From positions 20,066 to 84,065 of the forward strand of contig CACDYK010000004.1 in the NCBI GenBank assembly GCA_902556905.1: a stretch of 64,000 bases of DNA, given 5' to 3'. The notes under the pieces are model-generated. The model was not told the origin of the DNA and made no database searches. It saw nothing but the letters and a program-made list of their open reading frames with translations. The stretch is from an uncultured Pelagibacteraceae bacterium (lineage in GTDB: Bacteria > Pseudomonadota > Alphaproteobacteria > Pelagibacterales > Pelagibacteraceae). A program made the position numbers and the translations under genes. Within the stretch, counting starts at the first letter, position 1. The number at the start of each line of letters is the position of its first letter. Positions 20,536 through 30,517 of this stretch are shown here, piece after piece.

Positions 20536-21598
20536 ATAATTCTTTTAAACCCTTAGATGATGCTTCAGAAATACCTCTTTCGGTAATTAATCCTGTTACA
20601 TATTTTGCAGGTGTTACATCAAACGCTAAATTCATAGCCTTACTTTTTTGTGGGTATATCAAAACTTTCTTAACTTGATTATTTTCATCAATCCCCTCCA
20701 CATGAGATAATTCCTCAGAATTTCTTTCCTCAATAGGAATGTCTTTTGCATCTTTAATATTCCAATCAATTGTTGAGCTAGGTAGTGCTACATAAAAAGG
20801 AACATTGTTATCATAAGCTGCTAATGCTTTAAGATATGTTCCAATTTTGTTACACACATCTCCATTAGATAATGTTCTATCAGTTCCAACAACACACATA
20901 TCAACTTCACCTCTTTGCATTAAAATACCACCAGTATTGTCAGCAATAATAGTATTTGGAATTTCTTCTTCGTTTAACTCATATGAAGTTAAATTTGCTC
21001 CTTGATTTCTTGGCCTTGTTTCATCAACCCAGACATGAACTGGAATTCCTTTTTTATGAGCATGATAAATTGGTGAAGTTGCTGTTCCCCAATTAATAGT
21101 TGCTAACCAACCTGCATTACAATGAGTTAAAATATTTACTGTACTTTTTTTCTTGTTATAAATTTCTTCGATAAGTTTTAATCCATTAATACCTATATTT
21201 TTACAAAAATTTTCATCTTCATCACATATTTCTTTAGCTTCTTTTAAAGCTATATCTAAAATTTGATTATTATTAATTCCTGTTAATTTTTTTATCATAC
21301 GATCTACTGCCCATTTTAAATTGATAGCTGTGGGTCTAGATTGGATTAATTCGTTTGAACTTTTTTTAATAAATTCAAGATCATTACTCTCTTGAATAGC
21401 CAAAACAATTCCATAAGCTGCAGTTGCTCCAATTAGTGGGGCACCTCTCACTTCCATTACCTTTATTGCATTAATTGCGTCTTTTACTGTCTTTAATTCT
21501 TTAATAACAAAATTGTGTGGTAGCTTAGTTTGATTAATTATCTTAACAACACTTTCCTCATACCATATTGTTCGATATTCTTTTCCTTCTATTCTCAT
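20525..21598 (-). CDS. mtnA: methylthioribose-1-phosphate isomerase
   Basis: VRGAPLIG, SRPTAINL, LTHCNAGWLAT, DETRPRNQGA, NKIGTY, FDVTPA. Confidence 0.95.
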   Translation of the reverse strand: MRIEGKEYRTIWYEESVVKIINQTKLPHNFVIKELKTVKDAINAIKVMEVRGAPLIGATAAYGIVLAIQESNDLEFIKKSSNELIQSRPTAINLKWAVDRMIKKLTGINNNQILDIALKEAKEICDEDENFCKNIGINGLKLIEEIYNKKKSTVNILTHCNAGWLATINWGTATSPIYHAHKKGIPVHVWVDETRPRNQGANLTSYELNEEEIPNTIIADNTGGILMQRGEVDMCVVGTDRTLSNGDVCNKIGTYLKALAAYDNNVPFYVALPSSTIDWNIKDAKDIPIEERNSEELSHVEGIDENNQVKKVLIYPQKSKAMNLAFDVTPAKYVTGLITERGISEASSKGLKELFKK

Positions 21599-21599
21599 A

Positions 21600-22514
21600 T
21601 TAATAAATTTGTTCTAAAAAATTAATAATATCATTTGTATTTGATTGTTTCTCAGCAAAGCATTTGGTTAAAGGTATTCCGTGATGTTTACCAAAAATCA
21701 ATTTTGCTTTACAATCAGATTTACTAATATCTTTATACATAACAGTATTTAAATTTAAAAACGAGAGAGTTTTAGAAGTTTCCCAACCATCTTTATCGTG
21801 TACATAAATTATCGTGTTGTTCAAACTTTTCAAATCTATTTGACTGACACCATAAGTTCTCACAAGTTCCCAGAATTTCCATTCTCTTCTATTATTTAAT
21901 TTTCCAGAAAATGCTGGATTAATTGCAATAGTACCTGAGATTTTATTTGGAAATTTAGATTTTAAAGTAATTGATGCCCAACCTCCTGCAGAATGTCCTG
22001 CTAAAATAATATTTTCAAAACCAAGATTAATTAGTTCATCTACTTTATTTATAACAACTTTTTGTTTTCGAAATTGTTTTGCACCATTAAATTTTATTCT
22101 ATCAAAGTCATTTTTAATTATTTTTGAAAAATTATCTTTTGATGAATTTTTATAAATATCATCCATCTTTCTCCAATGATTTTCAGTCCAGCCTCTTACA
22201 CCTGAACAAAGATGATAAATTTTAACTTTAAGATCCTTTATCTTTTTATCATGTAAATTAAGTATTATTGGAGGAACTTTATTCCATTTTTTGTTGCATT
22301 TATCCAGAGTTTGCTCACCTTGACTTCCATGAGTATATACAATTAAAATTATATTTTTTTTATCTGATAAATTTTCAATTGGATAAATCTTTCCTGTATT
22401 GTTAATAAAACCATTATCTTTTGAGACTTTTTTTAAATCCTTTTCAAATTTTTTATCAGCAAATGAATTTGTACTTAGTAAAACAAATAGGGTTATAATT
22501 AATATTTGTCTCAT
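21600..22514 (-). CDS. secreted alpha/beta hydrolase
   Basis: Signal peptide, HGS, GHSAGG nucleophile elbow, distal Asp and His. Confidence 0.7.
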   Translation of the reverse strand: MRQILIITLFVLLSTNSFADKKFEKDLKKVSKDNGFINNTGKIYPIENLSDKKNIILIVYTHGSQGEQTLDKCNKKWNKVPPIILNLHDKKIKDLKVKIYHLCSGVRGWTENHWRKMDDIYKNSSKDNFSKIIKNDFDRIKFNGAKQFRKQKVVINKVDELINLGFENIILAGHSAGGWASITLKSKFPNKISGTIAINPAFSGKLNNRREWKFWELVRTYGVSQIDLKSLNNTIIYVHDKDGWETSKTLSFLNLNTVMYKDISKSDCKAKLIFGKHHGIPLTKCFAEKQSNTNDIINFLEQIY

Positions 22515-23383
22515 TTATTAAGAACTCTACCAGCTACTGTTTTAAGTTTATCTATTGTTTTTTGAGTTCTTTTTTCTGGAGCAGTTATTATTGCTACATT
22601 TAAACAATTGTTAGTTGGGTCATTTGGATCAATATGTTCTTCAAAATTATCTATTATATTTTTGATCATAACCTTAGCCTTTTCGGCGTTACCTAAAAGA
22701 ACTTTAATTACTTGTTGCACATCTACATTTTCATGATCAGGATGCCAACAATCAAAATCAGTCACCATTGATACTGACGCATATCTAATTTCGGCTTCTC
22801 TAGCGAGTTTTGCTTCAGGCATGTTGGTCATTCCAATTACATCTGCTTTCCATGATCGATATAAATTAGACTCTGCAAGTGTAGAAAATTGTGGACCTTC
22901 CATTACAACGTATGTTCCATTTCTCTGGTAATCTATATTTGATTTTTTAATTGCTTCCTCACAAGCATTCATCAATCCATTTGACGTTGGATGAGCCATT
23001 GAAACATGAGCTACAATTTCTTCATCAAAAAAAGTTTTTGTTCTTGCAAAAGTTCTATCAATAAATTGATCTACAATTACAAATTTTCCAGGAGACAAAT
23101 CTTCTTTGAGTGATCCTACTGCTGATACAGAAACGATATCTGTTACTCCTAATTGTTTAAGTGCATCAATATTTGCTCTAAAATTTATATTAGACGGTGA
23201 AACAAAATGACCTCTTCCATGTCTTGGTAAAAAATAAACCTCTTTAGCATTAAAACTAGTTTTTAAAATTTGATCAGATGGTTTCCCCCATGGAGTATTT
23301 AAATCAAGTAATTCTCTATCTTTAAAATCTTCAACATCATAAAGACCACTTCCACCAATTATTGCTAATTTATTAGTTGTCAT
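22511..23383 (-). CDS. mtnP: 5'-methylthioadenosine phosphorylase
   Basis: IIGGSGLY, RHGRGH, EGPQFST.AES, GMTNMPEAKLAREAE, TDFDCW. Confidence 0.95.
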   Translation of the reverse strand: MTTNKLAIIGGSGLYDVEDFKDRELLDLNTPWGKPSDQILKTSFNAKEVYFLPRHGRGHFVSPSNINFRANIDALKQLGVTDIVSVSAVGSLKEDLSPGKFVIVDQFIDRTFARTKTFFDEEIVAHVSMAHPTSNGLMNACEEAIKKSNIDYQRNGTYVVMEGPQFSTLAESNLYRSWKADVIGMTNMPEAKLAREAEIRYASVSMVTDFDCWHPDHENVDVQQVIKVLLGNAEKAKVMIKNIIDNFEEHIDPNDPTNNCLNVAIITAPEKRTQKTIDKLKTVAGRVLNK

Positions 23384-23424
23384 AGTTAAAAATTTAATTA
23401 TTTATACTTTTATATTTAAGTATT

Positions 23425-23952
23425 ATGAATTTAAAAGATTATATTAGATCTATCCCTGATTATCCTAAAAAGGGTATTTTATTTAGAGATATAACCACAT
23501 TAATAAAGAATGAAAATGCTTTTGCGGAAACTATTAATCAAATAGTTGAAAGATCAAAAAAATACAACTTTACTAAAATTGCAGCAATTGAATCTCGTGG
23601 TTTTGTTTTTGCATCAGCTGTTTCTTACATCTTAAAAAAACCATTCATAATGCTAAGAAAAAAAAATAAATTACCCGCCGATGTTCACTCCATTGATTTT
23701 GAGCTTGAGTATGGGACAGCCACAATTGAAGTTCATAAAGACTCATTAGATGAAAAAGATGCTGTCTTGATTATTGATGACTTAATTGCAACTGGTGGTA
23801 CTGCTGAAGCAGCTGCAAAACTTGTTGAAATTTCAAAAAGTAAAGTAGCAGCATTTGTATTTGTAATTAACTTATTTGATTTAGGTGGATCCGATAATTT
23901 AATTAAAAATAATTATAAAGTTGAAAATTTAATTGATTTTCCGGGACATTAA
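23425..23952 (+). CDS. apt: adenine phosphoribosyltransferase
   Basis: PDYPKKGILFRDIT, ESRGF, LEYG, IDDLIATGGT. Confidence 0.96.
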   Translation: MNLKDYIRSIPDYPKKGILFRDITTLIKNENAFAETINQIVERSKKYNFTKIAAIESRGFVFASAVSYILKKPFIMLRKKNKLPADVHSIDFELEYGTATIEVHKDSLDEKDAVLIIDDLIATGGTAEAAAKLVEISKSKVAAFVFVINLFDLGGSDNLIKNNYKVENLIDFPGH

Positions 23953-23953
23953 T

Positions 23954-24030
23954 TGGTAGCGGGAAGTGGGATCGAACCACTGACCTCAGGCTTATGAGTC
24001 CTGCGCTCTAACCAACTGAGCTACCCCGCC
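23954..24030 (-). tRNA. tRNA-Met(CAU), probably elongator
   Basis: GGCGGGGTAGCTCAGTTGGTTAGAGCGCAGGACT-CAT-AAGCCTGAGGTCAGTGGTTCGATCCCACTTCCCGCTACCA cloverleaf with encoded CCA; lacks the initiator C1:A72 mismatch and GGG/CCC anticodon stem. Confidence 0.93.
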
Positions 24031-24132
24031 AAATAATTCTCGTTGATTTATAATAGATTTTATTTTGAGTGCAATCAAGTATTTGCCTTATTTTACCTCT
24101 TACAATGTCAGATATTGAAACTTTGAATATTC

Positions 24133-24342
24133 TTAAATTACGAAAAAAAAACCTACTAAACTTATAGTTAATATTAATAAAGATGAAAAAATAATTTTTT
24201 TTTTAAATTCTGTTTTTTTTGAATGTCTCACTCTATTAAGGAGTATATTTACGTCTGTCGTTTTTACTTTATCAGATACAGTGTTTTTGTTTTTGGTTGG
24301 AGATACTTCAAATAAATTTATTTCTCTCTGACCTTTTTTCAT
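24133..24342 (-). CDS. small protein with a C-terminal TM anchor
   Basis: 69 aa; basic stretch then terminal TM helix; resembles 35253..35447. Confidence 0.65.
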   Translation of the reverse strand: MKKGQREINLFEVSPTKNKNTVSDKVKTTDVNILLNRVRHSKKTEFKKKIIFSSLLILTISLVGFFFVI

Positions 24343-24391
24343 AACTATATTTAATCAGCAATTTATAAAAAAAACAAATCAATAATTCTAA

Positions 24392-26836
24392 TTAAGCATT
24401 TTTAAAGTTAGTTTGTTTTAAAGGTTTAATAAGTATTTCTGCTTTATATTTTCTCTTTTCAATCTCAATATAAATATTCCTATCAATTAACTCCTCATTT
24501 GAAAGATCAGAATTTATATAACCATATGATAAATTTTTATTATAATTAAAAGAATAATTTCCAGATGTTGTTTTTCCAATAATTCTTTCATCTAAATAAA
24601 TAGGCTCTTCATGCATTAAAAGAGGATTGCCAGGCATATTATCTTTTAAAACTAGCATGATAAATCTTCTATCCAATTTTTGATCTTTAATTTCTAGTAG
24701 CTTTTTTTTTCCAATAAAATCAAATTTTTTTTTATAACTAATTGCAAAATTTAAGCCTGCTTGATATTGGTTTTCTTCAGGAGAAATGTCATGTCCCCAA
24801 TGTAAAAAACCACTTTCCATTCTCATTGTATCCATGGTGTGGGCACCACAATGAGTAACTTCAAAATCTTTTCCAGTATTAATAATTAAATCATATATTT
24901 TTTTACCATTTTTTTTTTGTATATAAAACTCATAACCAAGCTCACCCACATAAGACAGTCTTTGAACCCAAACATTTATTAAATTTAATTTAATATTTTT
25001 ACCTGTACCAAATTTAAAATTTTTATTAGATAAATCTTCATTGGTAATTTTTGACAATAAGTCCCTGCTTTTAGGTCCAAAAATTCCTAAGCATACCAAT
25101 TCATCTGTAACGTCTTTAAATTCAAGATCTTTCGATAAATGTTTTAGTATATGAGCTTTATCATGTGTTCTAACAGCTGCTGAACTTATTATTCTAAAAT
25201 GATTTTTTTTAATACAAACAACAGTTAGATCTGTTTCAATACCAGCACCTTCGTTAAGCATGTGAGTATAGGTACATTTTCCTATTTCATTCTTTATATT
25301 TGCAGTACATAATCTCTGTAATTCTTCATATGCTTTCTCACCTTTAATTTCATATTTAGAAAAAGGAGAAAGCTCAAACAAACCTACATTTTTAACTGTG
25401 TTTTTACTTTCTCGCTCAACAGAGGGATACCAATTTTGATAATTAAAACTATATTTGTATTCTGGATTAATATCATCTAGCGCATACCACATTGGTCTTT
25501 CATACTCTCCTGATTGACCAAAGCACGCACCTGCTTTTTTTAATTCATTATGATATGGAAGTAGTTTTTGATCCCTTGAAGTTTTGTGTTGCTTATACGG
25601 CCAATGCATTCCATATAGATCACCTAATGTCTCTGTAACTCTGCTCATTATAAATTTTTTAGATGAATGAAATTTTTGAAATCTTTTGATATCTAATGAA
25701 AATAAGTCTTCATTCATATACCCATTAATCATCCATTCTGCTGTAACTCTGCCCGCACCCCCAGAACTTGCAATTCCAATGCTGTTAAAACCACAACACG
25801 TGAACAAGTTTGTTACCTCTGGAGTTTCTCCAAGTAAATATTGGGTATCAGGTGTAAAAGACTCTGGTCCTGAAAAAAATTTTCTAATTCCAGCATTTTC
25901 TAATAATGGGAGTCTTTTAAATGATTTTTCTAAATAAGGTTCGAAATGATCGAAATCATCAGGAAACTCACCAAATGAAAAATTATCAGGAACTATTCCT
26001 TTATCTTTGAAAGCATTTTTTGCACCAGGTTCAAAAATACCAACAAGCATTTTTCCAGCATCTTCTTTTAGATAAAGACAATCATTGTAATCTCTAAGCA
26101 CTGGAAGGTCTTTTGGCAGATCCTTCATAGGTTCAGTTATTATGTAAAAATGCTCATTTGGATAAAGAGGAACACTTACTCCTATATCTTCACCAATTTG
26201 TCTTGACCACATGCCTGTTGCAAGCACTACGTACTCACATTCTATCTTGCCCTCTGATGTTTCTACGCCAATAATCCTTTTATTTTTTACTAATATTTTA
26301 GTTACTGGTTTTTTTTCAAATATTTGTGCACCTTCTATTTTGGCAGCTTTTGCCAACACATTAGTTACGCCTACTGGATCTGCCTGACCATCTTCAGGCA
26401 TATACACTCCTCCCAAGATATCTTTATTATTGATGACGGGGTATAAATCTTGAACCTGTTGTTTGTTTAAAACGTCAACATTTACATCAAAAAGTTGAGC
26501 AGACGTTGCCTGTCTTAACAGTTCTTGAAGTCTTTGTTCTGAGCTAGCAACTGTAATTGCCCCATTTTGTTTAAGTCCAGTTGATAGTTCAGTTTTTTTT
26601 TCTAATTCTTTATATAGATTTAGAGAATACTTTCTAAGTTTGGTAATTGTTGCTGTTGCACCTAGTTGACCAACAAGACCAGCCGCATGCCAAGTGGTTC
26701 CAGATGTTAATTGATCTCTTTCAAGAAGAATTATGTCTTTCCATCCAAATTTTGCTAAATGATAAGCTACTGAACACCCAGCAACACCTCCACCAATTAC
26801 TACAACCTTACATTTTTTGGGAAGATTTTTTATCAT
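24392..26836 (-). CDS. GcvT-family FAD-dependent oxidoreductase (dimethylglycine/sarcosine dehydrogenase-like)
   Basis: VIGGGVAG, SGTTWHAAG, GPESFTPD, C-terminal GcvT folate-binding domain. Confidence 0.9.
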   Translation of the reverse strand: MIKNLPKKCKVVVIGGGVAGCSVAYHLAKFGWKDIILLERDQLTSGTTWHAAGLVGQLGATATITKLRKYSLNLYKELEKKTELSTGLKQNGAITVASSEQRLQELLRQATSAQLFDVNVDVLNKQQVQDLYPVINNKDILGGVYMPEDGQADPVGVTNVLAKAAKIEGAQIFEKKPVTKILVKNKRIIGVETSEGKIECEYVVLATGMWSRQIGEDIGVSVPLYPNEHFYIITEPMKDLPKDLPVLRDYNDCLYLKEDAGKMLVGIFEPGAKNAFKDKGIVPDNFSFGEFPDDFDHFEPYLEKSFKRLPLLENAGIRKFFSGPESFTPDTQYLLGETPEVTNLFTCCGFNSIGIASSGGAGRVTAEWMINGYMNEDLFSLDIKRFQKFHSSKKFIMSRVTETLGDLYGMHWPYKQHKTSRDQKLLPYHNELKKAGACFGQSGEYERPMWYALDDINPEYKYSFNYQNWYPSVERESKNTVKNVGLFELSPFSKYEIKGEKAYEELQRLCTANIKNEIGKCTYTHMLNEGAGIETDLTVVCIKKNHFRIISSAAVRTHDKAHILKHLSKDLEFKDVTDELVCLGIFGPKSRDLLSKITNEDLSNKNFKFGTGKNIKLNLINVWVQRLSYVGELGYEFYIQKKNGKKIYDLIINTGKDFEVTHCGAHTMDTMRMESGFLHWGHDISPEENQYQAGLNFAISYKKKFDFIGKKKLLEIKDQKLDRRFIMLVLKDNMPGNPLLMHEEPIYLDERIIGKTTSGNYSFNYNKNLSYGYINSDLSNEELIDRNIYIEIEKRKYKAEILIKPLKQTNFKNA

Positions 26837-26858
26837 TTATAAATTAAGTATAGATAAA

Positions 26859-27845
26859 ATGTCTAAATCAAGCAAAAATATTTTAGTAACAGGTGGAGCT
26901 GGCTACGTTGGTAGTCATATAGTCGAACAATTAATCAAAAATAAAGAGTCAGTAATTATTCTAGATAATTTAGTTACTGGATATGAAAGATTAATAAATA
27001 AAAAAGCTAAATTTATTAAAGCTGACATCAAAAATAAATCTAATATGACTAAAATTATCAAAGATTATAATATAAATTCAATTATTCATCTTGCTGCATA
27101 TCTAAATATTAGTGAAGCTGAAAAAAATAAAAGAAAATATTACACTAATAATATTACTGGAACCATGAACCTTTTAGAGGCTTGTAAAAATTCTAATGTT
27201 AAGAATATTATTTTTTCATCATCCTGTAGCGTTTATGGAAATGTAAAAGGCTCAGTTAGTGAAAATAGAAAGCCAAATCCACAAGGATATTATGGATATA
27301 CTAAATTTAAAGGTGAAGAATTAATAAAAAAACTATCTCTTAAATATAATTTAAAATATGGAATTTTGAGATATTTTAATGTTGCAGGCGCAAGTAATTC
27401 AGGAAAAATTGGAGAAATCGAAACATCCCATGGTCATTTAATAAAAAATTTAGCAATTAGATCTTTAGAAAAGAAACCTAAAGTTAAAATTTTTGGAAAT
27501 AATTATAAGACTAAAGATGGTACCTGTATAAGAGACTATATTCACATATCTGATTTAGCCGATATACACATTAAAGGGTTAAAATATTTAAATAATAACA
27601 AAAAATCATTCGTCCTAAATTGTGGTTATGGAAAAGGATATTCAGTTCAACAAATTGTAAATATCTTTAAAAAAATAAAAAAAGGTGTTGAGATACAATA
27701 TCAAAAAAGAAGACCTGGAGACATTGCTCAAGTATATGCTAATACTAAAAAATTTAAGAAAATCTTGAGATGGAAACCAAAATATAACGATATAAAATTA
27801 ATTATAAAAAGTGCAATAAGTTGGGAAAAAAAATTAGACTACTGA
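26859..27845 (+). CDS. galE: UDP-glucose 4-epimerase
   Basis: TGGAGYVGSH, YGYTK, LRYFNVAGA, DGTCIRDYIH, RRPGD; start moved to ATG 26859 to avoid overlap with the divergent gene. Confidence 0.9.
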   Translation: MSKSSKNILVTGGAGYVGSHIVEQLIKNKESVIILDNLVTGYERLINKKAKFIKADIKNKSNMTKIIKDYNINSIIHLAAYLNISEAEKNKRKYYTNNITGTMNLLEACKNSNVKNIIFSSSCSVYGNVKGSVSENRKPNPQGYYGYTKFKGEELIKKLSLKYNLKYGILRYFNVAGASNSGKIGEIETSHGHLIKNLAIRSLEKKPKVKIFGNNYKTKDGTCIRDYIHISDLADIHIKGLKYLNNNKKSFVLNCGYGKGYSVQQIVNIFKKIKKGVEIQYQKRRPGDIAQVYANTKKFKKILRWKPKYNDIKLIIKSAISWEKKLDY

Positions 27846-28946
27846 ATTAGGATCAACATATTCGTGACCAAATACATCAGCAACAGCTTTGTATGTTACA
27901 TCACCTTTATGAACATTTAATCCAGCTAAAAAGTTTTTATCTTCACCTAATGCTTTTTGATAACCTTTGTTAGCAAGTTTTACTAAAAATGGTAATGTTG
28001 CGTTGTTTAATGCAAGCGTTGAAGTTCTTGGAACCCCACCTGGCATGTTAGCAACGCAGTAATGAACCACATCATCAACAATATAAGTTGGATCACCATG
28101 TGTTGTTGGTTTGCTTGTTTCAACACAACCACCTTGATCAATTGCCACATCAACAATAACAGATCCTCTTTTCATTAATTTAATCATATCTTTAGTAACT
28201 AATTTTGGAGCTTCAGCTCCTGGAATTAAAACTCCTCCAACTAAAAGATCCGCTTCAGAAACTAATTTATTTAAATCAATTTTATCACTTTGTTCTGGAA
28301 TTATTTTATTACCAAACATTTCAACAAGTTGTTTTAATCTTGCTTCTGATTTATCAACGATGTGAACTTTAGCTTGCATACCAGTTGCAATGACAGCTGC
28401 ATTTTCTCCAACAACTCCACCACCTAAAATTACAACAGTACCACCTGTTACTCCTGGTGCTCCACCCAACAAAAGTCCTCGTCCTTTTTGATTTTTCTCT
28501 AAACAATGCGCTCCTGCCTGAACTGACATTCTTCCTGCAACAGCACTCATTGGTGCTAGTAAAGGTAATCTTCCATTATCATCTGTTACTGTTTCATAAG
28601 CTATATTAATACTTTTAGATTTAATAAGCCCTTCTGTTAATTCTTTAGCGGCAGCTAGATGAAGGTAAGTATAAACAATTTGATTTTCTCTAATCATATC
28701 TACTTCAACTTTTTGAGGCTCTTTAACTTTAACTATAATTTCGGCATCATTAAAAATATCGGCAGCAGTACTTGCAATTTTAGCACCTACATTTGTATAT
28801 TGTTCATTTTCAAAGCCTGCTTCAAAACCACCATTGTTTTCAACAATTACTTCATGGCCTTCTGAAACTAAAGTTTTAGCGCTCTCCGGTGTAAGACCTA
28901 TTCTGTTTTCCTGAGGCTTGATTTCCTTAGGTACGCCTATCTTCAT
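27834..28946 (-). CDS. ald: alanine dehydrogenase
   Basis: MKIGVPKEIK..ENR, PLLAPMS.VAGR, DVAIDQGGC.ETS, HYCVANMPG.VPRTST. Confidence 0.97.
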   Translation of the reverse strand: MKIGVPKEIKPQENRIGLTPESAKTLVSEGHEVIVENNGGFEAGFENEQYTNVGAKIASTAADIFNDAEIIVKVKEPQKVEVDMIRENQIVYTYLHLAAAKELTEGLIKSKSINIAYETVTDDNGRLPLLAPMSAVAGRMSVQAGAHCLEKNQKGRGLLLGGAPGVTGGTVVILGGGVVGENAAVIATGMQAKVHIVDKSEARLKQLVEMFGNKIIPEQSDKIDLNKLVSEADLLVGGVLIPGAEAPKLVTKDMIKLMKRGSVIVDVAIDQGGCVETSKPTTHGDPTYIVDDVVHYCVANMPGGVPRTSTLALNNATLPFLVKLANKGYQKALGEDKNFLAGLNVHKGDVTYKAVADVFGHEYVDPNSVV

Positions 28947-28981
28947 AACTATTCTCTCTTTTTGCTATATTTAAAAACTTA

Positions 28982-30328
28982 TTAGTTTTTTTGGTTTTTT
29001 TGATAGTTAGTGATACCTGTTCTCAGTTTATCAATAATTTCATCAATATGTTTTTCTTCACAGATAAATTGTGGAGCAATAATTAAACAGTCACCAGTTG
29101 CTTTAAAATTTACACCTGCTTCATAACAAGATTTAAAACACTCATAACCAGCTTTACCAGGTTTGGTATTTAATTTCATATCAATGCCACCCATCATTCC
29201 ATATCCTCTAATATTATCTACCGACTCTAAGTCTTGAAGAGAGAATAAACCTTTTTGGAAATATGGAGCTAAATTTTTAGCTCTATTAAAAATATCATCT
29301 TTTTCAAAAATATCTTGTACCGCTAATGCTGCAGCTACTGCAACAGGAATTCCGGAATAAGTATATCCGTGAAATAATTCAACTGCACCTGTTGGTGAAG
29401 CATCCATTACAGCATCATAAATACTATCATTACATGCAACAACACCCATTGGTACAACTCCATTAGTTGTAGCTTTTGCCATTGTCATAATATCTGGTGT
29501 TACACCAAACTCATGTGCACCAAACTTAGAGCCAGTTCTTCCCCATCCAGTGATTACTTCATCAAAAATTAAAAGTATTCCATGTTTGTCACAAATTTCT
29601 CTAAGCTTTTGTAAATATCCTTTTGGTGGAACTAATGTTCCTGTTGATCCTGCTATTGGTTCTACAATACATGCTGCAATATTTTCACCACCAAAGTTTG
29701 CGCAAATAGTTTCTAGATCATCGGCCAGATAATCACCTGTTTCAGGTTGGCCACTTACAAATTTATGTTCTGGTAAATGAGTGTGTCTCATGTGCTGTAC
29801 ACCCGGCATTAAAATACTTGCAAAAGTTTTAACATTATTAACCATTCCCCCAACTGATACACAACCAATATTCATACCGTGGTAGGCTCTTTCACGACCA
29901 ACAAATCTAAATCTATTCCCATTACCTTTTGCTCTATGGTATGCAACAGCAATTTTGATAGCAGTCTCTACAGCAGTTGATCCACAAATTGTAAAAAACA
30001 TTTTATTCAAATCACCTGGTGTGTGTTTTGAAATTCGTGTTGCTAATTCAAATGATCCACCAAATCCTTGTTGGAAGGGTTGAGCGTAATCTAAAGTTTC
30101 TAATTGTTTGGTGACAGCTTCTGTAATTTCTTTTCTGCCATGACCTAATGGATTACAAAATAATCCTGAGCTTGCGTCTATTTGAGTTTTTCCATGGTGA
30201 GTTTTTAGATAAACTCCCTTTGCTTCAGTTATTAATCTTGGATTAGCTTTAAAATCTTTATTAGATGTAAACGGCATCCAGTGTTCATTTAATGAATTTG
30301 GAACTGATGTTCTATTTTCTGAGCTCAT
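28982..30328 (-). CDS. class III omega-amino acid:pyruvate aminotransferase (probably taurine/hypotaurine or beta-alanine)
   Basis: WMPFT, AYHG, FDEVITGWGRTG, MAK, HGYTYSG; lies between ald and tauABC. Confidence 0.85.
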   Translation of the reverse strand: MSSENRTSVPNSLNEHWMPFTSNKDFKANPRLITEAKGVYLKTHHGKTQIDASSGLFCNPLGHGRKEITEAVTKQLETLDYAQPFQQGFGGSFELATRISKHTPGDLNKMFFTICGSTAVETAIKIAVAYHRAKGNGNRFRFVGRERAYHGMNIGCVSVGGMVNNVKTFASILMPGVQHMRHTHLPEHKFVSGQPETGDYLADDLETICANFGGENIAACIVEPIAGSTGTLVPPKGYLQKLREICDKHGILLIFDEVITGWGRTGSKFGAHEFGVTPDIMTMAKATTNGVVPMGVVACNDSIYDAVMDASPTGAVELFHGYTYSGIPVAVAAALAVQDIFEKDDIFNRAKNLAPYFQKGLFSLQDLESVDNIRGYGMMGGIDMKLNTKPGKAGYECFKSCYEAGVNFKATGDCLIIAPQFICEEKHIDEIIDKLRTGITNYQKNQKN

Positions 30329-30517
30329 AAATTTTTTTTGTTTAAATATATTTTTTTATAATTTCTAAACTTATGGCCTCTTTAGACTAAAATAAATATA
30401 TTAACTAGAATAATATTGACACAACTTCAGATTGTATAAATTGTTTTTTTTGTTTTACATCACCTCTAAATTGAATTTTAATGAGGATAATTTAATTAAA
30501 TTAACTAAGGGGAATAA

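Noticed and set aside
23990-24005. A31-G39 mismatch in the tRNA anticodon stem and G1-U72 pair
   Set aside because: The rest of the cloverleaf and the CCA are intact; not enough to call a pseudo-tRNA or recoding
23954-24342. tRNA-Met as a possible integration site for an island or prophage
   Set aside because: No integrase, no duplicated tRNA 3' end seen, and the 3' end abuts the housekeeping gene apt
30329-30517. TauR-type direct repeats in the aminotransferase/tauA divergent region
   Set aside because: No convincing repeat seen and no MocR/GntR regulator in the window
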